DNA of 63,609 bases, counting the filler, from Octopus bimaculoides (Eukaryota), in assembly GCF_001194135.2 (NCBI RefSeq). It is 5 parts of 3 records of this genome, joined end to end, with 100 filler letters (N's around TTAATTAATTAA, not from the genome) between each part and the next. Parts side by side here need not be neighbours in the genome. Positions count along the whole stretch, not along the records: positions 1 to 31,695 come from NC_068991.1; positions 31,796 to 43,033 come from NC_068991.1; 3 more parts are not named here. One strand, given 5' to 3'. Under the pieces are notes generated by a model, which worked only from the letters and a program-made list of their open reading frames with translations, made no database searches and was not told the origin of the DNA. This document shows, piece by piece, positions 28,332 through 40,374 of this stretch. The position numbers and the translations under genes were made by a program. How positions within the stretch are numbered: the stretch's first letter is position 1; every line of letters starts with the position of its first letter.

Positions 28332-28721
28332 CTGTCTACTTTCCAAAGTATTTTTTCTCTCCATATTTTCTTTCCAATCACTATGAACAAACATCAAGGA
28401 TCAGGTTTCACTAACCCACCTCTTCTTCTTCTTCTTCTTCTTCTTCTTCTTCTTCTTCTTCTTCTTCTTCGTCTATCACGACTTCCTTACGCCATACATC
28501 TTTAATCTACCACCGTCTATCGTCTCTACTTCACCTATTCCCCATGTCTTCCCCATTCCACCCCACCCCCCATAGTTTGCTCAGTGTGCAGTCCTCCAGA
28601 TCATATTTCTCTCCGCAACACTGGCGCTGATTGCCAAAAGATAAATTCCGCTCGGAGACAATTAATTAGTGACATACTCAAGGGAAGGTGAATCGTTGGA
28701 CTACTTCATTATATACAGAGC

Positions 28722-28776
<55 letters not shown>

Positions 28777-28821
28777 TCGCAAACACCATACACCCACTTG
28801 TATACATACATATTTCTGTAC

Positions 28822-28857
<36 letters not shown>

Positions 28858-30140
28858 GTGGTATCCGATGTCTTGTATTCTCAGATGATTTTGTTGTTGC
28901 TGTCGTTGGAGTTGGTGAGGATGGCTTTTATATTCCACTCAACCAAGACGGCAAATATGATGAAGAAAGAGTCTGAGATTTGAAGAAATACAATAACGGT
29001 GGAAAATATGAAGACACAGATGTATACATGAGGTGAATAGTTAAAGAGCAACAACACCAACAACATTCGCAACAACAACTATAACGATTTCTAAGAAAAA
29101 ATACAATGATATTGATGTGTCAACGGGAATCGCACAACGTGGTTCCTAGAATTTGTCAGATATAGTAGATAAATCTCCCTCAAATCATGTAGCTATCTTA
29201 AAAAACAAAAACTAAAATAAAATGAAACGAATTTCTGTAGCCTCCAACAGTATCACGTTGTCATCGTCCGTTTGTGAAACTGAAGGGAAGGATCCCAAAA
29301 CTAGAACAGATGAAAATAGATGTAATGCAAAACAAACGGGGACCAAAGATTTAACCCTCACTGGAACGGAAATCAAGAAACACGATATTATTCCGGGTGC
29401 AGGATGAAACATGTTCCGCTTTTAATGGTAGATATATAAGAATCTTTCTTTTTATCACACACTTGAGTAAAGAAATTCAGCATAGACGTGGTTATAAAAC
29501 TCTGCCAAGTAGATCTTTCCTCGACTAATTGGTTCATGTAAAAAATTTGTGTCGATGACACCGTTGGAAAATAGATTTAGTTTTTCTGTTTTACTCATTT
29601 GTCAAAAGGTGCGTTTTCACTGTATGATGTTGCTGTTGTTGAGTTCCTTATTACTGTGAATGTTCTGTTACTTGCACTGTTTTCTGTTAAAACGGTATAA
29701 ATGTATTTCCATGGAAGCTACTTGCGTCTGGCTCTTTGTTGTCAGCCTCAGCGTCACAACGCATCATCAGTCGCGATATGTCGAGATCCCCTCCCACTGA
29801 TGGGCGTTGACTGTAGATGAAACCGTCGAACAAGTAGAATCTGTTCCCATCGCTAAAAGACAGGAAACCGCAAAGTTGCTATCATTGCAAGGGATGTTGG
29901 TTGTATCGACAGAGCAAAGTCAGCTAGTTCAGCAAATGTAGGACTGGCAAACGAATTTGCAAACAAACTGCTGTCTCTTACTAAAGGGTCAAGGGAGGCA
30001 TTCCGACATTCTTTTCCTCGAAAGGAAATGAACTATTTATAAATTCCTCGCATCAGGATTATAGCTCGAAAATAGGGATGACATGTGTAGCGTTTGTATT
30101 GTGTGTACGTACGCCAAAACTTATGTCGCGTGGGTAAAAA

Positions 30141-30799
30141 CTTTGGGTGAGAAGTGACGCTACTCTTCTTGCGCATGTGCGAAAATTTTCGTGCCAGTAG
30201 GCAAAACTAAGACCAAGGAGTGGTACAACCGCTTCAAATATAACTGCACCTCAATAGAAAGTGAGGCACACTCAGGCAGGCCATCTATAAGCCGAAACGA
30301 AGAGCCAATTGAGAAGGTTTGGCGAATAGTCATCGAAGACCGTCGTGTAACACTCCAGTAAATTGCTCAGGGAGTGAGAATAAGTACAGGATCAGATTTT
30401 AACGGAAGATTTGTGCATGAGGAAAGTGTCAGTGAAATTCGTCTCCAAGGTGCTGGCGGAGCAGCAGAAGCAACTCTACATGGCATTCGCTCAGGCCATG
30501 CTGGACTGTGCAAACTACAATCCAGACTTCATGAAGACCATTATCCCTGGTGATGAGACATGAATTTATGGTCTCTGCTTAATGCGTCGGCCATCTTGCG
30601 GAAAAGCGAAAATCCGACGAGCGCACACTACGGTTTATTTTTAGGCGTAACAGCTGGGTATTCTCATGGTCTACAAGCCCGAAAATTTTCTTGCATGCGC
30701 AGGAAGAGTAGCGTCACTTCCTACTCAAAGCATTTTGCTAACGCAAAATTTAGTTTGGGAGTGGGAAAATAAAATCGGGTACTTTTTAAACGCACCTCG
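30141..30799. mobile_element. Rearranged mariner derivative: + strand internal transposase fragment flanked by inverted copies of the 5' region
   Basis: + strand KEWYNRFK...SGRPS...EDRRVT...MRKVSVKFVSKVL...IIPGDET*IYG (30197-30570). The minus strand from 30799 has a TIR-like cgaggtgcgtttaaaaagtacccg next to TA and an ATGGCCGAC start at 30594. 30141-30194 and 30677-30730 are inverted repeats. Confidence 0.75.
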
Positions 30800-31524
30800 T
30801 ATATGTAAGTATAGACGCATGTATGGATACTCTCCTAGTTATATTTAATTCAAGGAGATAAACTCGTCACACAATGTCTCTGTCTCCCTTTCTCTCTTTC
30901 TGTCTGTTGTCTGTCTATCTGTCTCTCTTATCTATAAATATAAATTTGACATGGGTGATTCTTTGTTGTCTTGAGATTCCCGGTCAAATGGCTAGGTGGA
31001 ATTGCGCGAAAAATGACACAGATGTGTAGAATGATCCGGTGGTATTGCTGGGTTTTGTATTTTTTCATAGCTCTTATGGTTACCGAGATAATCTACTATA
31101 ATAATACTCTTGTGTTTATGAATGAGAAAGGAAGGGGTGATAGATGAATAAGGAAGGAAGGGGTGATGTCATACTTGGTAGTAGGATGATGAAAATTGTA
31201 CGCTGAAAAAATAAATTAAACACCTTTTCAACTCTGGAAATATATGTGTATATGTAAAAGGGGGGTATGTGAATGTGTGTGTGTGTGTTTGTGCGTGTGC
31301 CTGTGCGTGCGCAATGGAAGTGGGATGGTTCATCTTTGTTCGTTTAGTATTTGGGCTTATTTTTTGATTTGGTTGAATCTTGGTTGGGTTTTTTTGGTCA
31401 GTTATTTTTAGCGTTTTGACAGAAAAAAGTCATTCTAAAATTGTTTTTTAACGTAAGCGTGCCCAAACAAGTCGAATGCTTACACAGAGCAGGTTGTACA
31501 GCCACATCATCCAAACCGACCACG

Positions 31525-31695
31525 TAAGTAGCTTGCTTATCAACCACATAATTTCGGGTTAAGTGCCACTGCGTGACACCTTGGGCAAGTGTCTTCTTCT
31601 ATAGCCTCGGGCCGACCAAAGCCTTGTGAGTGGATTAGGTAGACGGAAACTGAAAGAAGACCGTCGTATATATGTATATATATATATATATATAT
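31525..31695 (+). mobile_element. SINE family A, 5' half, running into (TA)n and a gap
   Basis: agtagcttgct...accttgggcaagtgtcttc...gccgaccaaagccttgtgagtggat...gacggaaactgaaagaag. Confidence 0.85.
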
Positions 31696-31739
31696 NNNNN
31701 NNNNNNNNNNNNNNNNNNNNNNNNNNNNNNNNNNNNNNN

Positions 31740-31751
31740 TTAATTAATTAA
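31740..31751. other. Assembly spacer TTAATTAATTAA inside a 100-bp N gap (scaffold join 1 of 4)
   Basis: 44 N + 12-mer + 44 N; the same pattern occurs at 43078-43089, 53809-53820 and 61227-61238. Confidence 0.95.
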
Positions 31752-32001
31752 NNNNNNNNNNNNNNNNNNNNNNNNNNNNNNNNNNNNNNNNNNNNAATAC
31801 AATTTTACACCAGACATGTATACTCACATCATAACGTTACCCTAAGTGGATCTCCCACTTTAGAAGATTCTATTCATATATTTATTATTTCTCCAATTTC
31901 TATTATATATCCTCTGTTATATCCTTTAACAGGATATGTACGTTGTACATTTGATATCGTTAGAAAGATAAACTAATTAGGACCTTGGAAAGCTTCTAAG
32001 C

Positions 32002-32202
32002 TTGTCAATGGCTTGGATTGACTGTAACAAGGCACATGATATTGTTCCTCACACGTGGATTCTGAAATGTCTGGAGATGGTCGGGGCAACTAAAATTATC
32101 ATCTACTCAAAAACTGTATAAGGAAATGGAAGACAGTTTTGACTGCAGGTGGAAGACAAAACTAGACAAGTTGACATCAAGAGGGGAATCTTTCAAGGAG
32201 AC
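32002..32202 (+). mobile_element. R4/Dong-type LINE RT fragment, frameshifted
   Basis: LSMAWIDCNKAHDIVPHTWILKCLEMVGA...LLKNCIRKWKTVL...VDIKRGIFQGD. Confidence 0.8.
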
Positions 32203-32370
32203 GTGGTGTAAATCAGTCACCAAATTGTTACAAACGTTTTTGTTTCATAGTTGTGAAATATAAACAAAACNNNNNNNNNNNNNNNNNNNNNNNNNNNNNN
32301 NNNNNNNNNNNNNNNNNNNNNNNNNNNNNNNNNNNNNNNNNNNNNNNNNNNNNNNNNNNNNNNNNNNNNN

Positions 32371-32890
32371 CAACGAATACGGAACGCCAGTGGTACCGAT
32401 TCGTAAAGCACACGCTTCAATCAACCTGAAGCCGAAACTACGGATTTGTGGTGACTATTCTGTGGGAATTACTGACCAATTTGCTGATCACCGTCATCCA
32501 ATGCCACACCCTGTTGAACTGATGCAGAAACTCGGAGGTGGATTCGGATATACAAAGATTGACTTTGTTGATGCCTATAATCAGATCAAGCTGGCTCCAG
32601 AGAGTCAACGCAGACTCGCACTCAGCACTCACCGTGGAGTACTCCTGCAACAACGACTCCCTTTCGGAATCAAGTCAGCACCTGGTTATTTTCAGGAGAT
32701 CATGGAAAACCTGACCCATGATCTACCTGGAGTGGCCGTCTTCCAGGACGACATGCTTGTTAGTGGGAAAGATGCAAACAGTCACCTAAACAACCTAAAG
32801 TGTCTGCTCACACGTCTAAGCGACAATGGACTCAGATGTCGCCGTGAAAAGTGCCAGTTTGCACTACCCAGTGTAGAATACCTTGGACAT
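32371..32890 (+). mobile_element. Ty3/Gypsy reverse transcriptase fragment
   Basis: TPVVPIRK...LRICGDYS...KIDFVDAYNQI...RLPFGIKSAPGYFQ...VAVFQDDMLVSG...EKCQF...VEYLGH; GC-richer than the flanking DNA. Confidence 0.9.
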
Positions 32891-33298
32891 AAAAATAATT
32901 GTGAATTCGTGAATAAATGTAAAACTAAGAATGTAATCTACCAATGTGATGTATTCTCCAATAATTACAAGAATACTTATAAAGGAGCAACTAAAAATGA
33001 AATGAAACTTAGATATAATTCCCATCGCTCAAGCTTCAGGAATAGAAATAAGGCTAACTCTACAAGATTAAGCAGTTATATCTGGGAACTTAAAGATAAT
33101 AACATTAATTATAGATTAGAATGGCGCATCCTAGCCAAGACATCTTCATACAACCTTAAAAATAAACGATGCAATTTATGCATAAATGAGAAATTCTCCC
33201 TTTTAATGGCCAAATCAAAAATTTGCTTAATAAACGTGACGAGAAACACGTAGCCTGCTTACATAAAGATAAATTCTTATTCTCTAAATACAGCTAAT
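32891..33298 (+). mobile_element. Penelope-like GIY-YIG endonuclease, 5'-truncated, in frame with the Gypsy RT
   Basis: CEFVNKCKTKNVIYQC...TYKGAT...RYNSHRSSF...LSSYIWELK...WRIL...CNLCINEK. The native-looking end LLNKRDEKHVACLHKDKFLF lies in a shifted frame after about 33215. Confidence 0.85.
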
Positions 33299-34857
33299 AC
33301 CTACCTTTACGTTACTGTTTATTAGCTGACTTGTCAAACCTCTGATGACCTCCCTTTGACCCTCCCCATTACCAAATAGCACGACATAATATCATAAATC
33401 ACAATTATATTGAATTTATTTCAACTAGCTAAATTATTTATCTTAGATGCACGATGAACACTCGGAGCTATACTTCTCTTTAATATATTCACATTAAAGT
33501 TAGATCACTAACATATTAATTGCTAGTACTGCTATTAGCATATATACGATTAAACGAGCGATTTATCTTATTCTAGCCGAGTTGATTTGTTTTAATTATA
33601 TTACCGCGTAGTAAACCCTTTATAATAATACTTTATTTATTTATTATACCTATTTATAACCCTTATATTTATATATACCTATAAACCCTTTATAACAACA
33701 CTTTATTTATTTATTTATTATACCTATTTACGTAACCCAGATTTATACCGTATATCGCACTTAAACTTTTAAGAGCGTCCTTAATTTTTAACTTGGGCAT
33801 TATTTGTAATCATGGGGACTTGTCTAGCGGACTCAAATAGACTTGTTTGTTACGATTAATGATACTGGATATTACTACCAGGTATAACTCTTTCGACTAA
33901 CACCGCCGATCAACTGGTCATTTTCTCCACTCATCTCCACTCATTTGCTCCATTCATCTACTTGAAGCAACTGTACACACTTGTGCCATATTTTAAGGAC
34001 GCAAAAATTTAAGCCTAAACATCGAACGAACCTTTTCCCTTTTTTTTTTCTTTTCCTTTTCTTTTTTCCTTTTTTCTCCTGTCAACCTTTGATCTCCCGT
34101 CAATATTCCTCTGGTAAAGTTCAAATCATTCTGAAGAAGCTTGTTAAAAGCAAATTTACCTCAAAAATAACAAACTGAAACAACTGTAAATGTTATCTTA
34201 ACCATAATTAAACTATGATCATTCAATACTTATGATCAACTTCTAATTGTTACATGTTGCTCCATTTCTTCTCTTCTCTTCTCTTATTTTATATATATCA
34301 TCAATTTTAAAATTTATCCACAGATGATATGAACAGTAGTGACATCTGATTTCAAATCTCAGTGTTTGAATGTTTTGCTTATAAATTTTTATGCACCATG
34401 TGCTCTGTTTTTGGTACAAAACAAAACCAGTTGCACAGTCAGAGTTTAATGTGACAGTTATGGATTATTACCCCGGTAGACCACACTGATGAGGCTCAGA
34501 GTTTAAATACCCAAAAACCGAAACCTGGTTTGTGGATATCCTAATTGCATAATATTTTTATTTTTGCTATTAAATATTTTAATTCTTTCTGTTTTCCTCG
34601 CACATTGTTTTTCTCTGTTATCTTGGTGAGATACGGTGGGTTAATTTAAGACTTTAGCTCTTATTTCTAGCAGGTAGATGCTTGTTAAGCATCATTACGC
34701 TTCGTGCAAATTTATAATTCATAGCTATTTAATACTATTGTGCCTGCGATCCATCTATGTCACTGCTGGTGATATCATCAATTTTAAAATTTATCCACAG
34801 ATGATATGAAGAGTAGTGACATCTGATTTCAAATCTCAGTGTTTGAATGTTTTGCTT
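33299..34857 (+). mobile_element. Probable PLE 3' UTR / pseudo-LTR with an 86-bp direct repeat
   Basis: AT-rich region directly after the GIY-YIG; 34295-34380 equals 34772-34857 with one mismatch; a hammerhead motif lies between the two copies. Confidence 0.5.
34481..34535 (+). ncRNA. Minimal type I hammerhead ribozyme motif
   Basis: ccaca-CUGAUGA-GG...CC-GAAA-CCuGG-UU-ugugg. Stem I has 5 bp, stem III is a short near-palindrome, and stem II has only 2 clear pairs. Confidence 0.6.
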
Positions 34858-34874
34858 TTATATATATATATATA

Positions 34875-36154
34875 TCAGGCCATTAAGAATGAAATATGTC
34901 CGATTTTCTTATGCACCAAGTTTGACAGTCGTTAACTCTAATGTTTTATCCTCACAATTCTTTGTTTTAACAAAATTGAAGAGTTACATCATCACTTTTC
35001 GAAATGCAATTCATGATGTCTGATTATATTGTGAGTTTTCTCTTGTAAATCAATTTTTGTGAACCCACGGATAGGTTTTTAAAAAATGCGTGTTGTTTAT
35101 GAATATGAGTTCCGTCGTAGGACCACTATATTCCAGACAGCTCGAAGCATCAATGAGGTGTTTGGTGAAGATGTGGCGAATGAGCGCACTGTAAGTCGAT
35201 GGTTTGAGAAGTTCCGCTCTAGTGACTTTACTCTTGAAAATCAGCCCCGTGGTAGACCTGAGACCAAGGCGGATAATGATGAGCTGGAAACTATAGTGGA
35301 AGTAGATACATCTCAAACTACGCGTGGATTAGCAGCAAGGTTCGATTCCAACTGTATTGGACCATCTGAAACAAATCGGCAAGGTAAACAAGCTGGACAA
35401 GTGGGTACCACATGAACTGAATGAGCATCAAATGACACGTCGTCTTGAAACTTGCTGTTCTTTGTTGTCACGGCAAAAAACGAATCATTTTTGCATCTTC
35501 TTGTTACGTTTGATGTAAGATGGATTCTTTTCAACTATAACAAGCGTTCTCCACGGTGATTGGATAGAAACCAAGTGCCAAAACACAAGCCAAAAGAGAA
35601 TATTTACCAAATAAAAAGCTAATGGCGTCTGTTTGGTGGACCAGCTCTGGTGTCATCCATTACAGCTTCATAAAACATGATAATTCAATAACAGCGGATG
35701 TATATATCAACAAATTGGATGATGAAATGATGAGTGAAGTTGCAATCAAACAGCAGAGATTGGTCAACAGAGACAGGCCAATTCTCTTACAAGACAATGC
35801 TTGGCCACATATTGCACAAAGAACACAACTCTAATTACAGGAACTGAACTTAGAAGTCCTCTGTCATCTTCTATATTTACCATACCTTGCACCAACTGAC
35901 TATCACATTTTCCAGGTATTGGACAACACTTTTTGCAAGGAAAATACTTCATATTTGAAGAAGATGCAAAAACAGCCTTTCGTGATTTCATTACCTCCTA
36001 CTCTCCAGAATTCTTCGCTGCCGACATAAATGAGATACCGATAAGATGGCAAAATTGCGTTGATAATTTAGGGGCATACTTTGATTAACTGCATTGTCTT
36101 TTGTTGAGATAAAGTAAAATAGTTTCAGTTCTAAATTTCTTCTTAATGCCCTGA
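34875..36154 (+). mobile_element. Full-length (1280 bp) but inactivated mariner transposon inserted in (TA)n
   Basis: Imperfect TIRs tcaggccattaagaatgaaat and (reverse complement) tcagggcattaagaagaaat with TA flanks; HTH region (RTVSRWFEKFRSSDFTLENQPRGRP); LLQDNAWPH and YLAPTDYHIF motifs; stops and frameshifts. Confidence 0.92.
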
Positions 36155-37614
36155 TATATATATATATATANNNNNNNNNNNNNNNNNNNNNNNNNNNNNN
36201 NNNNNNNNNNNNNNNNNNNNNNNNNNNNNNNNNNNNNNNNNNNNNNNNNNNNNNNNNNNNNNNNNNNNNNNNNNNNNNNNNNNNNNNNNNNNNNNNNNNN
36301 NNNNNNNNNNNNNNNNNNNNNNNNNNNNNNNNNNNNNNNNNNNNNNNNNNNNNNNNNNNNNNNNNNNNNNNNNNNNNNNNNNNNNNNNNNNNNNNNNNNN
36401 NNNNNNNNNNNNNNNNNNNNNNNNNNNNNNNNNNNNNNNNNNNNNNNNNNNNNNNNNNNNNNNNNNNNNNNNNNNNNNNNNNNNNNNNNNNNNNNNNNNN
36501 NNNNNNNNNNNNNNNNNNNNNNNNNNNNNNNNNNNNNNNNNNNNNNNNNNNNNNNNNNNNNNNNNNNNNNNNNNNNNNNNNNNNNNNNNNNNNNNNNNNN
36601 NNNNNNNNNNNNNNNNNNNNNNNNNNNNNNNNNNNNNNNNNNNNNNNNNNNNNNNNNNNNNNNNNNNNNNNNNNNNNNNNNNNNNNNNNNNNNNNNNNNN
36701 NNNNNNNNNNNNNNNNNNNNNNNNNNNNNNNNNNNNNNNNNNNNNNNNNNNNNNNNNNNNNNNNNNNNNNNNNNNNNNNNNNNNNNNNNNNNNNNNNNNN
36801 NNNNNNNNNNNNNNNNNNNNNNNNNNNNNNNNNNNNNNNNNNNNNNNNNNNNNNNNNNNNNNNNNNNNNNNNNNNNNNNNNNNNNNNNNNNNNNNNNNNN
36901 NNNNNNNNNNNNNNNNNNNNNNNNNNNNNNNNNNNNNNNNNNNNNNNNNNNNNNNNNNNNNNNNNNNNNNNNNNNNNNNNNNNNNNNNNNNNNNNNNNNN
37001 NNNNNNNNNNNNNNNNNNNNNNNNNNNNNNNNNNNNNNNNNNNNNNNNNNNNNNNNNNNNNNNNNNNNNNNNNNNNNNNNNNNNNNNNNNNNNNNNNNNN
37101 NNNNNNNNNNNNNNNNTATATATATATATATATGGTAGATGAAAGACGGAAGATGGAAGATACGAGAATTTTTATTAATCACGACAATTGTTTCGCCACA
37201 TCTAGCATCGATTCCTCACGGGTGGGACACTTAACAACTAGTTCAGAAGCATCCGGCGGTGCAGATGTGTCTCATCAAAGGATATATCTTCATTTATACA
37301 GAAGATCAAAAATAATTAACAAAAAAGAAACGACCACGCTATACAGGAAGAAAAGTATCAAAAGTAACCTTTAACATATGGATGTATAAACGCTCTCGCG
37401 CAAGCTGCATGGCGTATGTACACTTGCTCATACAAACATCAACGAAAATGTAAGCATACGCGCATGTGTGGTTTGGTGCACACACGTTCAGATAGCGAGT
37501 TAAATAGCTACTTGGTGTTCATAAGAATGTGAAGGTTAAAGCGAAGTTTAATTCATTCATAAATTATGTTAGCAGTTACTCAAATTCATTCCCAATGCAT
37601 TGTGCGAAAATTCA

Positions 37615-37964
37615 TTTATATGCACGCAGGCTCCTTGAGAGTCTTTCAGAAATTCTATTAAGGATTTTCTCATTGGTCGATGGAATAGACAGAGGTTCCT
37701 CAGAGCAGAGTCGGTATCTCCTGGAAATTATATTGTATGGTTTTGCGTACTTTATTATGGGCCAAGTTATGTTATACTAAATTTATCTTCCTTCAGTCGC
37801 CACACAAAATCGGTCAAAGACGTTGAAAGTCTTTTTTTGATTCTCTCGAAGCTGACGACATGGTTGCGATAACGATACTTAAATGAATCAGTCGTTTGCC
37901 CAATGTAAACATACAGCCCACCCCTAGAGTGCATGGTACATTTATATACAAGATTTGTACTCAT
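37615..37964 (-). mobile_element. Penelope-like GIY-YIG fragment related to the 16.7-18.0 kb relic
   Basis: NLVYKCTMHSRGGLYVYIGQTTDSFKYRYRNHVVSF...LTDFVWRLKE, continuing in a shifted frame as WPIIKYAKPYNIISRRYRLCSEE. Confidence 0.85.
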
Positions 37965-38071
37965 TCAGAGGTCCATCAATGAGTATTTTGATTTTTCTCT
38001 GCATGAGCATATATCATATTTATTTGTATATTTGGCAATTCTAACTTCATTTTCCGACGTTGTTCCCGTAC

Positions 38072-38139
<68 letters not shown>

Positions 38140-39188
38140 NNNNNNNNNNNNNNNNNNNNNNNNNNNNNNNNNNNNNNNNNNNNNNNNNNNNNNNNNNNNN
38201 NNNNNNNNNNNNNNNNNNNNNNNNNNNNNNNNNNNNNNNNNNNNNNNNNNNNNNNNNNNNNNNNNNNNNNNNNNNNNNNNNNNNNNNNNNNNNNNNNNNN
38301 NNNNNNNNNNNNNNNNNNNNNNNNNNNNNNNNNNNNNNNNNNNNNNNNNNNNNNNNNNNNNNNNNNNNNNNNNNNNNNNNNNNNNNNNNNNNNNNNNNNN
38401 NNNNNNNNNNNNNNNNNNNNNNNNNNNNNNNNNNNNNNNNNNNNNNNNNNNNNNNNNNNNNNNNNNNNNNNNNNNNNNNNNNNNNNNNNNNNNNNNNNNN
38501 NNNNNNNNNNNNNNNNNNNNNNNNNNNNNNNNNNNNNNNNNNNNNNNNNNNNNNNNNNNNNNNNNNNNNNNNNNNNNNNNNNNNNNNNNNNNNNNNNNNN
38601 NNNNNNNNNNNNNNNNNNNNNNNNNNNNNNNNNNNNNNNNNNNNNNNNNNNNNNNNNNNNNNNNNNNNNNNNNNNNNNNNNNNNNNNNNNNNNNNNNNNN
38701 NNNNNNNNNNNNNNNNNNNNNNNNNNNNNNNNNNNNNNNNNNNNNNNNNNNNNNNNNNNNNNNNNNNNNNNNNNNNNNNNNNNNNNNNNNNNNNNNNNNN
38801 NNNNNNNNNNNNNNNNNNNNNNNNNNNNNNNNNNNNNNNNNNNNNNNNNNNNNNNNNNNNNNNNNNNNNNNNNNNNNNNNNNNNNNNATATATATATATA
38901 TATATATATAGGTATGGATGTATATATATATACATACAAATCCTTTGGCCAGCCATGAAACTCATGGCTGGCCAGTAACGTATTTTTCTGCAATGTATGG
39001 ATAATTTATCCTTATCACGCTATTTATAGCATTATCAGGCGTCGAGAAATAAATTTATTTTTGTATCTTATATATTTATATTTATATATGTATATATACA
39101 TTATATATGCACATATAAACGTGTTTATATAATTTATACATATGCATATACTCGTACATATATATATGTATACACACACACATACATT

Positions 39189-39230
<42 letters not shown>

Positions 39231-39664
39231 CCTCAGCCAGTTACTCTGTGATACAACTATACATTATATCAGATATCACATGATGTAATATATTTTTAAT
39301 TAAAGCCCACAAACATATTCTACATGTATACGTAAAATATAAATATAGAAATATGATAAATAGAATTATATTTAAGAAAAAAAGTGAGTTTGAATTAATG
39401 GACGCTGGCTGTACACTTCCCCTTTACTCCACACTCCCAGCATTTCTTGAAGTACTTCGTTCTCGCCCAAACACATTTGTCGTTGCGTTTTGTAAGGAAG
39501 GAATGTTTGTGGTGACATTCAGAAATACTATAAATCGGATGCTGAAAAGACAAAAATGAATACGTGTCATACATTATACTCTCTTTATTGGCTACAAGAG
39601 CCGATCGAAAGAACAGTTAAAATACAAAAACAATGGAGAATGGGAATTTTCATATATAATTTAC

Positions 39665-40115
39665 AGATGTAGCTGTGTGGTAAGAAGCTTGCTTCGCAAC
39701 CACAAGGTTCCGAGTTCAGTCCCACTGCATGGTATTTTGGGCAAGTGCCTTCTACTATTGTCTCAGGCTGACCAAAGCCTTGCGAGTGGATTTGATAGAC
39801 GGAAACTGAAAGAAGCCTGTCATATATATGTAATGTAGGGGGTGTCTTTGTGTCAGTGTTTGCTCTCCACACATGTGTGTGTCTCTTTGTGCTTGCCCCC
39901 ACCAATACCATCACCACCACCATTGCTTGACAACCGGTGCTGGTTTGTTTACGTACCCGTAACAAGCGGTTCGGCAAAAAGTGACCGATATTGCTAAGTA
40001 CCAAACTTAAAGAAAAATAAAGAAAGATACAGGGTCGATTCATTCGACTAAAAGTTCTTCAAGGCGGTGCCCCAGCATGGCCACAGTGTAACGACAGAAA
40101 CAGAAACTAGATAAA
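39665..40115 (+). mobile_element. SINE family A, near full length
   Basis: tRNA-like head (gctgtgtggtaagaagc...gagttcagtccc), core, internal TA/TG tract, 3' domain ggtgccccagcatggcc and a short-repeat tail. Confidence 0.85.
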
Positions 40116-40374
40116 GATAAGGGATAACTGTGTAAGCAATAACTGTTTAACAAGAAAATTGATAACTACTAAATTCCACAGGAGAGCAGAGTATTACCTA
40201 GGGACAACTAACGGAGACTACCGATACTGGATCATCCGGACTAACAAAGACACTATAAGAAGGAACCTCTCCCAGCCCGTGGTCTCATGCCTACAGGACA
40301 AGCTACAGAACAAACTCACTCACTCAGGTCGTACGTACAATATATTATAAGAAACTTAACAGATGAAGGCGCAT

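Noticed and set aside
28860-29410. Short ORFs with splice-like signals on both strands
   Set aside because: Low-complexity (GTT/CAA) content and no consistent acceptor, frame and donor combination.
33340-33360. CTGATGA heptamers here and at about 29765, 47459 and 47560
   Set aside because: No correctly spaced GAAA or pairing stems, so these are not hammerheads.
35086-35415. SETMAR or another domesticated transposase gene
   Set aside because: No SET domain; it lies between TIRs and is broken by stops and frameshifts.
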